The position numbers and the translations under genes were made by a program. DNA of 64,000 nucleotides from Bacillota bacterium (GTDB lineage: Bacteria > Bacillota > UBA4882 > UBA10575). Positions 1-8,715 of this stretch are shown one piece after another (the stretch's first letter is position 1; every line of letters begins with the position of its first letter). The notes beneath the pieces are model-generated. The model saw only the letters and a program-made list of their open reading frames with translations, did not search any database and was not told where the DNA came from. Where the stretch lies: contig JAAYIC010000077.1 in the NCBI GenBank assembly GCA_012735195.1, positions 10,471 through 74,470 of the forward strand, read 5' to 3'.

Positions 1-582
1 CATCACATTTCGCCCGGCCGGAAGGGAAAGGTCGACCCCGGTATGGTAACGCCACTCATTTCCATATCTGTGCCAGCCGGTGCTGCGTAACAGCCGGCCT
101 TGAACCGGCCGGCCAAATGCCGGGACGGCTGTTCCTTCCCAAGCGGCCTTTTCTTTCTCTTCCGCCAATTCTTTAACCCGGTGCCGGAGTTCAGTAATCT
201 CCTCCTGCATCCGGAAGAGATCAACCGTGCCGCCCATGGATTTTTCTTCCGCCAAGTCCGCGCCCTCAGGAGCACGTGCGCGCCCGGGCGCGCGTTCGTC
301 TTCGGACGCGCGTGACGGCATGTCCCCGGCGAAAATATCTTCGCTGTAAAGATCCTCTCTTTCCAAACGGAGGGGAACCGGTTTATTAACGGTTATCCGG
401 CGTGAAAAGCCCCAGACCAGTACCGACAAAAGAAGCGCGCCGGCGAGAAAGAAGAGTACCAAACGCCGGAACGGCAACAGGTTGTCCCGGATCCTTGCTC
501 CGGTTCTTACGGCGGCAAGCACCCATTTTTGCAGGGCAAGACGGAAAGATCGCCAAAAACTGCAGAGAAACCTCCAGTCCAT
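1..582 (-). CDS. M23 (LytM-type) metallopeptidase-domain membrane protein, 3'-partial (runs off left edge); SpoIIQ-like position downstream of spoIID
   Basis: Absent from the ORF track because it has no stop in the window. ATG at 582-580 opens an uninterrupted 194-codon frame to base 1. It reads MDWRF..., then a hydrophobic anchor LVLFFLAGALLLSVLVWGF, an acidic/coiled segment, then ...GWHRYGNEWRYHTGVDLSLPAGRNVM (M23 H-x-G-x-D zinc-site block). Lies ~40 nt downstream of spoIID on the same strand. Confidence 0.7.
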   Translation of the reverse strand, partial: MDWRFLCSFWRSFRLALQKWVLAAVRTGARIRDNLLPFRRLVLFFLAGALLLSVLVWGFSRRITVNKPVPLRLEREDLYSEDIFAGDMPSRASEDERAPGRARAPEGADLAEEKSMGGTVDLFRMQEEITELRHRVKELAEEKEKAAWEGTAVPAFGRPVQGRLLRSTGWHRYGNEWRYHTGVDLSLPAGRNVM

Positions 583-624
583 GCTGAACACCTCCGGAAG
601 ATAGTCTTCCCAAAGGCGCCATTA

Positions 625-1569
625 TTATCCACGAATCTGCAGCCGGACAACCTCCACCCCCCGGTAATAATATTTAAGAATTGAACGGAAATCCCAGCCC
701 TGCCGGGCCAGGCCGTCCGCCCCGTACTGACACATCCCGACCCCATGCCCGTAGCCGGTGGTCGTCAAGAGAATACCATCGGCCAACAGGCGCCAGGAGA
801 AACAGGAGGAATTGAGCCCCAACAGGCGGCGGAAAGTCTCCCCGGGCATCTTGCGGCCGTTAACCGTGAGCGTTCTTACCCGCCCGCCGGCGGTGTATTC
901 CAGAATACGCAGATCGGGAGGGCTTGCCGCCGGTTCCATCCCCAGCTTCGCCCAGAACTCCGCATAAGAGAAGACCTTCTCCCCTTTGTATTTCGGAGAA
1001 TGCCGGCCAAAGGAGCAGACCACGCTCTGCAGGTAAGGCAGGTCCGTACCCCAGATTTCCCCCGCATTCTCCGTCCGGGGCCCGCTGGTGGAATGGTAAA
1101 CCGCATCGATCAACTCCCCTTTATAGGTTAAAACCAGCCCCGCTGTGCTTTTAACCGCTTCCGCAATCCGGGCCCGGTTCCGTAGATACCCCCAAAACCC
1201 CCACTTTTTTATCATTTCCCCCCGGGAAAGCCAGGCCTGACTCTCTCCGGGGTCGTCGCTGACATCGGCCCGGGGGTGGCAGGAAGACCCCCGGCCGCCA
1301 AATGCCCGCATCCGTTTGACCGTTACGGTACGGGCCGCCACCGCCTGGGCTTTTAATGCCTCCAGACCGAAAGAAGCCGGCATTTCACCGGCCAACACCC
1401 CAATAAGGTAATTTTCCAGTTCCAAACGGCGCAACCGGCCGCGTTCGTTCAGAAAGAGGTGGACCGTGAGCTTCTCAGCGGGCGGCCGCGGTGAACGGGT
1501 AAGCAAATAGGGGATGAGAATTAGAAAAACCACCAGAAAAAGAAAAAGACCGCTGAGGGCCTGTTTCAT
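625..1569 (-). CDS. spoIID: Stage II sporulation protein D (lytic transglycosylase SpoIID)
   Basis: 314 aa with an N-terminal TM anchor. Blocks EALKAQAVAARTV, AVYHSTSGPRTENAGEIWG and GYGHGVGMCQYGA are typical of the SpoIID family. GGAGGG RBS upstream of the ATG. Confidence 0.9.
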   Translation of the reverse strand: MKQALSGLFLFLVVFLILIPYLLTRSPRPPAEKLTVHLFLNERGRLRRLELENYLIGVLAGEMPASFGLEALKAQAVAARTVTVKRMRAFGGRGSSCHPRADVSDDPGESQAWLSRGEMIKKWGFWGYLRNRARIAEAVKSTAGLVLTYKGELIDAVYHSTSGPRTENAGEIWGTDLPYLQSVVCSFGRHSPKYKGEKVFSYAEFWAKLGMEPAASPPDLRILEYTAGGRVRTLTVNGRKMPGETFRRLLGLNSSCFSWRLLADGILLTTTGYGHGVGMCQYGADGLARQGWDFRSILKYYYRGVEVVRLQIRG

Positions 1570-1610
1570 CTTTTCCCTCCACTGTCTCGCATCGATAGAA
1601 TGATCAATCT

Positions 1611-1639
1611 ACCATATGCGGCGGGGGGAAAGATTATGC
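1611..1639 (-). promoter_or_regulatory. Candidate sigma-E-type sporulation promoter of spoIID
   Basis: Minus strand reads GCATAAT-N14-CATATGGT about 40 nt upstream of the spoIID ATG. This resembles the B. subtilis sigma-E consensus (ATATT ... CATACA-T). By-eye match only. Confidence 0.35.
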
Positions 1640-1710
1640 TTTGCTAGTTAATGCTTTGTTTATTAATGCTTCATTGGTTAATCTTTCGTTAGATAGTTCT
1701 TTATCTAGAT
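1636..1710. repeat. Five degenerate 15-nt tandem repeats upstream of spoIID
   Basis: atgctttgctagtta / atgctttgtttatta / atgcttcattggtta / atctttcgttagata / gttctttatctagat, head to tail, in the hflX-spoIID intergenic region. Confidence 0.8.
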
Positions 1711-1733
1711 AATACTCCACTAGTTATGATGGG

Positions 1734-3005
1734 TTATGCTTGCCGCCGGGCCAGGTATTTTTGTAACCGGTTGAACCAAATAGAGGGAAGCTCGGCGTCA
1801 AGGTCCACCCCGGCCGGGAGATACTCCTCCTTGATAATCCGGCCTTTTTCATGGACCAACGCGAGCAGGTCACCTTCACTGTACGGCAGGAAAAACCGTC
1901 CCCGCTTAACCCTGCTGCTCAGGAGGTCAACGATCTTCGCCAGCAACAGGGGAAGTCCTTCGCCAGTCAGGGCGGAAATCGCCACTGCTTCCGGATAGGT
2001 CCGTTCCAACCGGGCGATGGTAAACTCGTTAGTAATTAAATCCTTTTTATTGAGAACCGTGATCCGCGGTTTATCCTCAATACCCAGCTGACGCAGGACC
2101 TCGATGACTGCGGCAAACTCTTCATCAACATTGGGGGCGGCCAGGTTAACCACGTGCAGGAGCAGATCGGCATGGGACGTCTCTTCCAGAGTCGCCCGGA
2201 AGGCCTCCACCAACTGGTGGGGGAGTTTTCTGATAAAACCGACGGTATCAACGAGAAAAACCTCCTGCCGGTTGGGGAGGACCACCCGGCGGAGGGCCGG
2301 GTCAAGAGTGGCAAAGAGCCGTTCCGATGTTTCCACCTGTGTACCGGTGATTGCCTTAAAAAGCGTGGACTTCCCGGCGCTCGTATATCCGACCAAAGCC
2401 AACAACGGCCAGGCCTTTTTTTCTCTGGGGGCCCGCTGCAGATACCGTTGGGCGCGGACCTTCTTTAATTTGCTGTTGACCACGCCCATCCTGCGCCGGA
2501 GCTTGCGCCGGTCGGTTTCGAGTTTTGTCTCGCCCGGGCCTCTGGTACCAATTCCCCCGCCCAAACGGGAAAGAATTTTCCCTTTTCCGGAGAGGCGGGG
2601 CAGGAGGTATTCCAATTGGGCCTTTTCCACCTGGAGTTTAGCCTCCCTGGTCTGCGCCCGCTGGGCAAAGATATCCAGGATTAAACCGGTCCGGTCGATA
2701 ATTTTTGTCTCCAAAATCTCTTCCAAATTTCCGGCTTGGGCCGGAGTCAGCTCGTCATCAAAGAGCACCAGATCGGCCTGGTGTTCCCTAACCAACTGGC
2801 GTAACTCTTCAATTTTACCGGTGCCAAGAAAAAATGCCGGATCCGGCCGCCCGCTGCGGCGCAAAAGAACCGCCGCCACCTGGGCGCCTGCCGAAACCGC
2901 CAGCTCTTTAACCTCCTCCAACGCGGCCCCGGCCGTCTCTTCCCGTCCGTCACCGGCTGTAACGACCAGGACGGCTTTTTCGCCGTACCCGGTTTCTTTG
3001 GTCAT
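1734..3005 (-). CDS. hflX: GTPase HflX
   Basis: 423 aa. HflX N-domain followed by a G-domain with LVGYTSAGKSTLFKAITG (G1), DTVGF (G3) and NKKD (G4). AGGAGG RBS. Confidence 0.9.
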   Translation of the reverse strand: MTKETGYGEKAVLVVTAGDGREETAGAALEEVKELAVSAGAQVAAVLLRRSGRPDPAFFLGTGKIEELRQLVREHQADLVLFDDELTPAQAGNLEEILETKIIDRTGLILDIFAQRAQTREAKLQVEKAQLEYLLPRLSGKGKILSRLGGGIGTRGPGETKLETDRRKLRRRMGVVNSKLKKVRAQRYLQRAPREKKAWPLLALVGYTSAGKSTLFKAITGTQVETSERLFATLDPALRRVVLPNRQEVFLVDTVGFIRKLPHQLVEAFRATLEETSHADLLLHVVNLAAPNVDEEFAAVIEVLRQLGIEDKPRITVLNKKDLITNEFTIARLERTYPEAVAISALTGEGLPLLLAKIVDLLSSRVKRGRFFLPYSEGDLLALVHEKGRIIKEEYLPAGVDLDAELPSIWFNRLQKYLARRQA

Positions 3006-3009
3006 TAAT

Positions 3010-3786
3010 TTATTCCTCCTTTATATTAAGGTGATAAATAAATCTCAATCCTTCCAGGGTCAAGACGGGGTTGACAATCTGGATCATCTGCGACTCTTTG
3101 GCGATTATCCGGCAATAACCGCCGGTAGCCACCACCCGCGGCTGCCCGGCGTCCATCTCCGCAATCATGCGGCGAATCAACCCGTCCACCAGATCCGTGT
3201 AGCCATAGACCAGCCCCGATTGGATACTGGTCACGGGGTTTTTTCCAATGACCTGCGGCGGCTTTTGCAGTTCCACCCGGGGGAGTTTGGCGGCGTAATG
3301 AAAAAGGGCTTCTGCGGAGATCCCGATCCCGGGGGCGATTATTCCCCCCAGATACTCTGCTTCCGCATTAACTGCACAAAGCGTTGTTGCAGTGCCGAAA
3401 TCAACAATGATCACCGGCGTTCCATAAAGGCGTACTGCAGCCACGGCATTGGCCACCCGGTCCGCCCCCACCTCCCGGGGATTTTCATAACGGATAAAGA
3501 GGCCGGTGCGAATCCCCGGCCCGACCACCAACGGTTCACAGTGGAAATATGCCCGGGCCATTTCGATCAGCGCAGAGGTGAGCGGCGGGACAACGCTCGC
3601 CAAAACCACCGCGTCAACCTTGTTGGCGGGAAGGTTCTTGTTGGCAAAAAAGTCCATTAACAACAGGCCGTACTCATCGGCTGTTCGTTGTCGCTCCGTT
3701 GTCAGCCGGCAGTCGGCAAGGAGTTTTTCCCCGTCATAAACCCCCAGGAGAATCTGGGTATTTCCCGCATCCAAGACAAGAATCAT
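3010..3786 (-). CDS. coaX: Type III pantothenate kinase
   Basis: Internal start MILVLDAGNTQILLGVY... (the track ORF has a 34-codon non-homologous extension). ATGA overlap with the stop of the upstream gene at 3786. Blocks IIVDFGTATT and GGIIAPG are typical of CoaX. Confidence 0.85.
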   Translation of the reverse strand: MILVLDAGNTQILLGVYDGEKLLADCRLTTERQRTADEYGLLLMDFFANKNLPANKVDAVVLASVVPPLTSALIEMARAYFHCEPLVVGPGIRTGLFIRYENPREVGADRVANAVAAVRLYGTPVIIVDFGTATTLCAVNAEAEYLGGIIAPGIGISAEALFHYAAKLPRVELQKPPQVIGKNPVTSIQSGLVYGYTDLVDGLIRRMIAEMDAGQPRVVATGGYCRIIAKESQMIQIVNPVLTLEGLRFIYHLNIKEE

Positions 3787-4586
3787 CAGTAATCCTCCTT
3801 TTCTGCTGCCAACTCTTTCAGACCCGGATAAACAAAACCAATGGAATAATCGGCGGTATAAAGATGGGAAAAAAATTCCACTTGACAATCGAAAGCCTTT
3901 AAGCGGTTTTGCAAAAGATAAGCCAGGTGTTTCATGCCCGGCTTGGCCATCAGGCTATGGCCCAAATCAATCAGGTTCACGCCATGGCGGGAGAAATAAT
4001 TAATACTGTAACGGCTCATTTCCGAAGAGAGAACCAAATTACACCCGGCGGCCAGCCACTCTTCCCAGTCCTCCTTGTAAACAGGGAAAAATCCCGGACC
4101 GGCAACCACTGCCACTCTGGTGATCCGGGCGTTCAAGTCTCCGTTGTATGGAATGACGTTTACTTCCAGGACCCGTTGGCAACAGGTAAGCAATTCTTTT
4201 AAACTCAAATCCGTCATCCCAAAAACCGCATCACCCGCCGCCTCCAGATCCGAAAGGTTCAAAAGCCGGGCAAGGGTAATATTATTCCCTTCCGGCGCCC
4301 TATTCCAGGCGCTGTGCAGTTTATAGAGGCCCATCCCTTTTGCCGCCAGTTCCCCCGCGGCCTCCCCTTGCCAGGGATGGTGGGAAATCAGGAGTTCCAC
4401 GCCCTTTCTGGCGGCGGAGAGAATATTGGGTTCCGTGGGATCAACACAGACCCCGATCTTTTCCACCTTCTCCCGGCCTTCCGGCCTTACCTGATAGCCC
4501 GGGAGGTCGTAAGGGTCGGCGCTTTTTGCCGGGGCCAATTCTTCCAAAATGGAATCAAGTCTTCCCAATTCAATCAACGGGATCAC
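3786..4586 (-). CDS. Nif3-like dinuclear metal centre protein (GTP cyclohydrolase 1 type 2 homologue family)
   Basis: 266 aa with a GVCVDPT...LLISHHP metal-binding block and a C-terminal DLGHS block. GTG start 8 nt after GGAGG. Confidence 0.7.
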   Translation of the reverse strand: MIPLIELGRLDSILEELAPAKSADPYDLPGYQVRPEGREKVEKIGVCVDPTEPNILSAARKGVELLISHHPWQGEAAGELAAKGMGLYKLHSAWNRAPEGNNITLARLLNLSDLEAAGDAVFGMTDLSLKELLTCCQRVLEVNVIPYNGDLNARITRVAVVAGPGFFPVYKEDWEEWLAAGCNLVLSSEMSRYSINYFSRHGVNLIDLGHSLMAKPGMKHLAYLLQNRLKAFDCQVEFFSHLYTADYSIGFVYPGLKELAAEKEDY

Positions 4587-4745
4587 CCTCTTTGCCTCCG
4601 CACGTGCCTGGCCGACACGTGCAGACCCCCGGAACAGCCGGTCTTTTCCTTTTTATATTCTCATTCTCCCGCCGGTTCTCCTGCCGCCGCCCTATATTAT
4701 ACTCCTCCTTCCCCGGCGCCGGTAAAAAAAACCCCCGGAAGGATC

Positions 4746-4821
4746 GGTTATACCGCCGGGGGGTTAATTATACTGCCGGGAGGTTGTTTATACTACCGGA
4801 GGGTCAATCATGCGACCGGCG
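4746..4821. repeat. Four ~20-nt direct repeats, each with a TATAAT-like core on the minus strand
   Basis: Minus strand reads cgccggtcgcatgattgacc / ctccggtagtataaacaacc / tcccggcagtataattaacc / ccccggcggtataacc. Located between the M16 stop and the NIF3 start. Confidence 0.75.
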
Positions 4822-4936
4822 GGCAATTCTGTTCCCGGATGGGCCAGGTTGTTTCATGCTTACGCATGGTTTTAGCAAACAAAGATATCTGCACCGTCTG
4901 TCACGAATAGCACCGGGCGTGGCGGAATAATTTCCT

Positions 4937-6472
4937 ACTATTCAGGCTCGACCACGACCACCTCGCCGAAATCTTCCAGGCTCCTGTCGAACAGGGACGC
5001 GTTACCCACCACCACAATGACTGCTTCTTCCGGGCGCAGGTAACGCAGGTAACCGGCGGCGTAAACCATAAGGTGTCCGATTGGATCAATTCGGGATAAG
5101 CCAATAGATTCTCCCACCCGCCGCGGAAAAGCTCATAATAGGCCATCTTGTCGGCCAAGTCTGAATTGGAGGCCAAGTCAAAGAGAAAAGCAGTCCGGAT
5201 CTGGTTTTGTGCTTTCTTCAGTTCTTCTTCACTAACCAGTTCATTCTGCAAACGCTCGATCTCTTCATAAATGGCCTTTTCAAGCTCTTCTGTGGTATGT
5301 GGGTGCCGCGGCTTGGCATAAAGAACGAATAATGATGGATACCGCGTTCCGGGGTACCCGGTTAAGCCCTCTACCGTCAACGCTGTCCGGTCATCAACAA
5401 CCAAGCGTTTATATAACCGTGAACTTTGTCCCTCGGTGAACAGGGCCTTAATCATATCCAACACATAAATATCACGGTCAGGGTAGACCGGCTGCCGCCA
5501 GCCGATCATTAACCGCGGTTCGGCGTTGTATTCCACCAAAACACGGCGTTCTTCTTCCTGTTCGGGTTCTTCGGGGATCAACGCAGGCGGCCGTTCACGG
5601 GGTTCGAGAACCCCGAAATACCGTTCGACCAACTCCCGGGTTCTTTCCGGATCAACATCGCCCATTATGACCAGAACAGCCCGGTTGGGATGGTAATGGG
5701 TCTCCCAGAATTCCCATGCGGTCCGCATCCGGTAATTTGCGATCTCCTCCATGCTCCCGATTAGCGGACGCCCGTACGGGTGTTTTTGGAAAGCGGCGGC
5801 CAGAAAGCGCTCCTTCAGATAACCAATGGGTTGATCCTCATTACGCTGCCGCCGTTCTTCCTTAATCACCTCCACTTCTTCATAGAAAAAGCGAAAGACC
5901 GCATCCAGCAAGACATCTGCTTGAATGCGTATCCAGGCTTCAATCCTGTTCGCCGGGAGTGAAACCACATATGATGTATGGTCATAAGAAGTATAGGCGT
6001 TGTATTCCACCGCCCCCTGGGCGTTCATCAGATCGCGAAGTATATTGGGCTGAGCCGCTAACTGCGCCTCTTCCCGCGCCCGGAGAAATTCTGCATGCCG
6101 CCGGTTAATCTCCTCCTGCGGGGCGCCGGACTGCAAAGCCTCAAAGTAGGCGTTGGCAGCCTCTTCCACCCGGGCCAGCAACTCGTGCTCGCGGAAAGGA
6201 TCCAGGCTCCCCAGGATACTCGTGCCTTTAAAGGCCATATGTTCCACCATGTGGGCGATCCCACCCAATCCCGGGGGCTCATCAACACCGCCCGCATCAA
6301 ACATGAGATGGCAGTGAACAACCGGCGCCCAAGGGCGTCTGACCAGCAGAACCCGTAACCCGTTTTCCAGTTCAAACCTGTAGGTCTGCTCCGCCAGGCC
6401 GCTGCCGGCAACAGGCAAACTGACTAGCAGGAGCGCTGGGATGAGGAAGAGCAGCATTTTTTTCTTTGCCAT
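4937..6472 (-). pseudogene. M16 (pitrilysin/insulinase) family zinc peptidase with an apparent 1-nt frameshift near the 3' end
   Basis: HMVEHMAFKGT (HxxEH zinc motif). Likely start is MAKKKMLLFL... after GGAGGAG. After ...AYPELIQS the track frame becomes nonsense (DTLWFTPPVTCVTC...). Another frame continues as HLMVYAAGYLRYLRPEEAVIVVVGNASLFDRSLEDFGEVVVVEPE* with its stop at 4937-4939. Confidence 0.75.
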
Positions 6473-6625
6473 CAAGATCTCCTCCTTTCCGGGCACGCCG
6501 GGGAAGCGCACCCCACCTTTAAAACCCCCTCAACCCTTTCACTTATATATAGTCGTGATTTTTGCGAATTTGGTTCAATTTTTTCCAAACTGTATAATTT
6601 TTGCTAGCTCTTCAGTAAAAACAAA

Positions 6626-6658
6626 GGGCAGTTGAATAATTTCAAACTGCCCTGTTTT
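6626..6658. terminator. Hairpin terminator, bidirectional in appearance
   Basis: gggcagtt-N11-aactgccc, flanked by an A-run upstream and tgtttt downstream. Confidence 0.5.
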
Positions 6659-6661
6659 CCC

Positions 6662-6897
6662 GGAACAAACCATAAACTCCCGGGGAACACCAAGTTTAAA
6701 CGCGCATATTGAAGCCTTTCATTCGATTCTTGAAGATGATTGCTCAGCAGGTATCAGTTTATCAGCTATGCGGAAGCTTATGAACAAATCTCGCTGTATA
6801 TGGAATATTACAACCAGCCCGTCGCCATGGGAGCTTGAAGAACATGGTTCCAGAAAAATATTACCAGACTATTATCAGTAAATTCCATAAAACCTGA
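6662..6897 (+). mobile_element. Remnant of an IS3-family (rve/DDE integrase) transposase C-terminus, frameshifted
   Basis: Across three frames: INSRGTPSLNAHIEAFHSILEDDC / YQFISYAEAYEQISLYMEYYNQ / SLKNMVPEKYYQTII. This resembles the ...DNAxxESFxxxLKxE...YNxxRxHxSLgxxxPxxF end of IS3 OrfB proteins. No N-terminal part and no inverted repeats seen. Confidence 0.6.
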
Positions 6898-6929
6898 AAT
6901 CTTGTGGCATAATCTCCGGTTTTAGGGGG

Positions 6930-7574
6930 TCAAGGCGCAGTGTTGTAGCTCAAATGGGCCGCGGCGAATTTGGTCCCCAGGTTGGTCACAGCACGGGCTT
7001 TGACGGAAATGCGGTACCATTTATTGGGGGAAAGAAGGATATTGGAGAGAACGAATGCTTTCCATGTACCGGACCCGTTGTCGTAGATCCGCCCGACTTT
7101 CGCGCCGTCCGCGGCGGTTGGGGAAGCGGCTGTTTCGCAGTATTCGTCAGCCGGGCTGTGGTTCATTGCCGCCCGCCACTTGGCGCCGACGTACAGGTAG
7201 TTTTGGCTGTTGGTCTTGTTGGGGTCGCCGTATAATCTTTGCAAGGAACAACGCTCAAAAGAACCATCTTCCTGAGTATAGAACGCTGTTTCTTTCGGGC
7301 TGCCGAAGGCCTCGTAATCCAAATACTCTACGGGGGCACCGGCGGCGTTTGTAATAACTTTTGTGCTGCCCAGATGGTCCAGGAGGTAGTAGTAAAGGGC
7401 GCCGTTGATAAAAGCCGCAAGCTTCATATTCCCCAAATAAACACCTAATTCCTGCCGGGCAGGGGTGCCCAGATTTGCCTGGTCGGCGGTGTTGAAGGTC
7501 TCTTCGTAGACGGGTTGGGAGTCATGGTAGACATAGATGGTGGTCTTGCCGTCCTCGATCTTTTTTACCCGCAA
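6930..7574 (-). CDS. RHS/YD-repeat-like C-terminal fragment (N-terminally truncated; possibly non-functional)
   Basis: GKTTIYVYHD... and YYYLLDHLGSTKVITNAAGAPVEYLDYEAFGSP resemble the RHS repeat-associated core (YYYxxDHLGS...Y.PFG). In-frame TGA immediately upstream and a TTG pseudo-start. The tail domain is unassigned. Confidence 0.4.
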   Translation of the reverse strand: MRVKKIEDGKTTIYVYHDSQPVYEETFNTADQANLGTPARQELGVYLGNMKLAAFINGALYYYLLDHLGSTKVITNAAGAPVEYLDYEAFGSPKETAFYTQEDGSFERCSLQRLYGDPNKTNSQNYLYVGAKWRAAMNHSPADEYCETAASPTAADGAKVGRIYDNGSGTWKAFVLSNILLSPNKWYRISVKARAVTNLGTKFAAAHLSYNTAP

Positions 7575-7791
7575 ACCGGCTACCCATGAACCTGGTCATA
7601 AGTCATAAGCGGGCACGCATAGATTGCGGTCAAAAACCCGCCCAAGCAAGCTTGAGAACAATAAACCCCCTTTTGCTTCTTCCTTTGGTTTTGCCAACCA
7701 AAGAAACTGCAAAACGGGGGTGAGACCGTCTTTTGCTCAAACCCGGCCTGGCGGGCCTGGTGTTCAGGTGTTTATGAAATCATCTTCTTAT

Positions 7792-8637
7792 TTATTTCAG
7801 GAAAATATGATTTCCGATCCGTACCGTTACCTCCAGCCCGGAAGAGGCAAAAAACCGTAAGCCTTCAAGAGAGGAAAGGTTAGGGTTGTAGAAATAAAGC
7901 GCGCCTTTGCTGGGATCCCTTCCTGCCAATGCCTCCCTGGCCGCTCTTATGGCCGATTCTGTCGGCACGGTCCGCGGCAGTTTTGGCAGGCTGGAAAACT
8001 GCCCTTTTTGGTAGATCACTTCCCGGATAGTATTGGGGAACTCCCGGCTTTTTACCCTGTTCATCACGACCGCGCCCACGGCTACCTGACCTTCGTAGGG
8101 TTCTCCCGCCGCCTCGGCCGTAATTAGCCTGGCCAGCAAATCCAGGTCATTCCCGTAGGTTCCGGGGCCAAAATTGTACTGTAAAGAAACCCCCAAATAC
8201 GGCCGGAAAGAGCTTCTCTCTTCCCCGGTAACAGCGGCGGTTAACGCCGCGGGAAGCAATCCGATTTCCAATGCGGTGGAAAACCCGGGTAAAAACCGGT
8301 CTAAACGTAATTCCAAGCCGGCAATGACCTCCATCCGGTACTTAAAAGAGATCCCGGAAACGGCAAAAAGATCCCGCACACCCAGGCCGGCATAGGGGAT
8401 AAGCCACAATCCCTCTCGAATCCGGTAAAGCAATCCGGCGGATGGATACTTATCCGCCAGGTTATAACCTCCTCTTAGTCCCCACCGCCCGCTGGACCAC
8501 CACTGAACTCTGGCCCCGGCCAGAACAAACGCTTCTTCTTCCAACCTCCAGTCTGCTCCCAACTGGAAAGCGGCGGCCGGAGTCAACAGGCTAAAAACCC
8601 CTGCTATAACCAGAAAAATTAACAGCGGCTTCTTCAC
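7792..8637 (-). CDS. SleB/CwlJ-type cell wall (spore cortex) hydrolase with an N-terminal beta-rich domain
   Basis: Signal peptide. C-terminal LLARLITAEAAGEPYEGQVAVGAVVMNRV...VIYQKGQFS (Hydrolase_2 family). The ~150-aa N-domain has an amphipathic beta-strand pattern ending in LQYNF. Confidence 0.75.
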   Translation of the reverse strand: MKKPLLIFLVIAGVFSLLTPAAAFQLGADWRLEEEAFVLAGARVQWWSSGRWGLRGGYNLADKYPSAGLLYRIREGLWLIPYAGLGVRDLFAVSGISFKYRMEVIAGLELRLDRFLPGFSTALEIGLLPAALTAAVTGEERSSFRPYLGVSLQYNFGPGTYGNDLDLLARLITAEAAGEPYEGQVAVGAVVMNRVKSREFPNTIREVIYQKGQFSSLPKLPRTVPTESAIRAAREALAGRDPSKGALYFYNPNLSSLEGLRFFASSGLEVTVRIGNHIFLK

Positions 8638-8715
8638 AGGTAACCCTCCCCCCTCTTCCTTTACCTAATTATCCATGCTGTTCCACAATTCCTGCTGAAA
8701 GAGGGGGAAGAAGAT

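Noticed and set aside
2104-3660. 518-aa plus-strand ORF
   Set aside because: It lies antisense to hflX and coaX, whose products have clear family motifs. The translation is Ser/Arg/Pro-rich low-complexity sequence typical of a shadow ORF in GC-rich coding DNA.
4314-4930. Two ~197-aa plus-strand ORFs spanning the NIF3 5' end and the adjacent intergenic region
   Set aside because: They are partly antisense to the NIF3-like gene. The remainder runs through the 20-nt tandem-repeat region. Composition is Pro/Gly/Arg-rich with no motifs.
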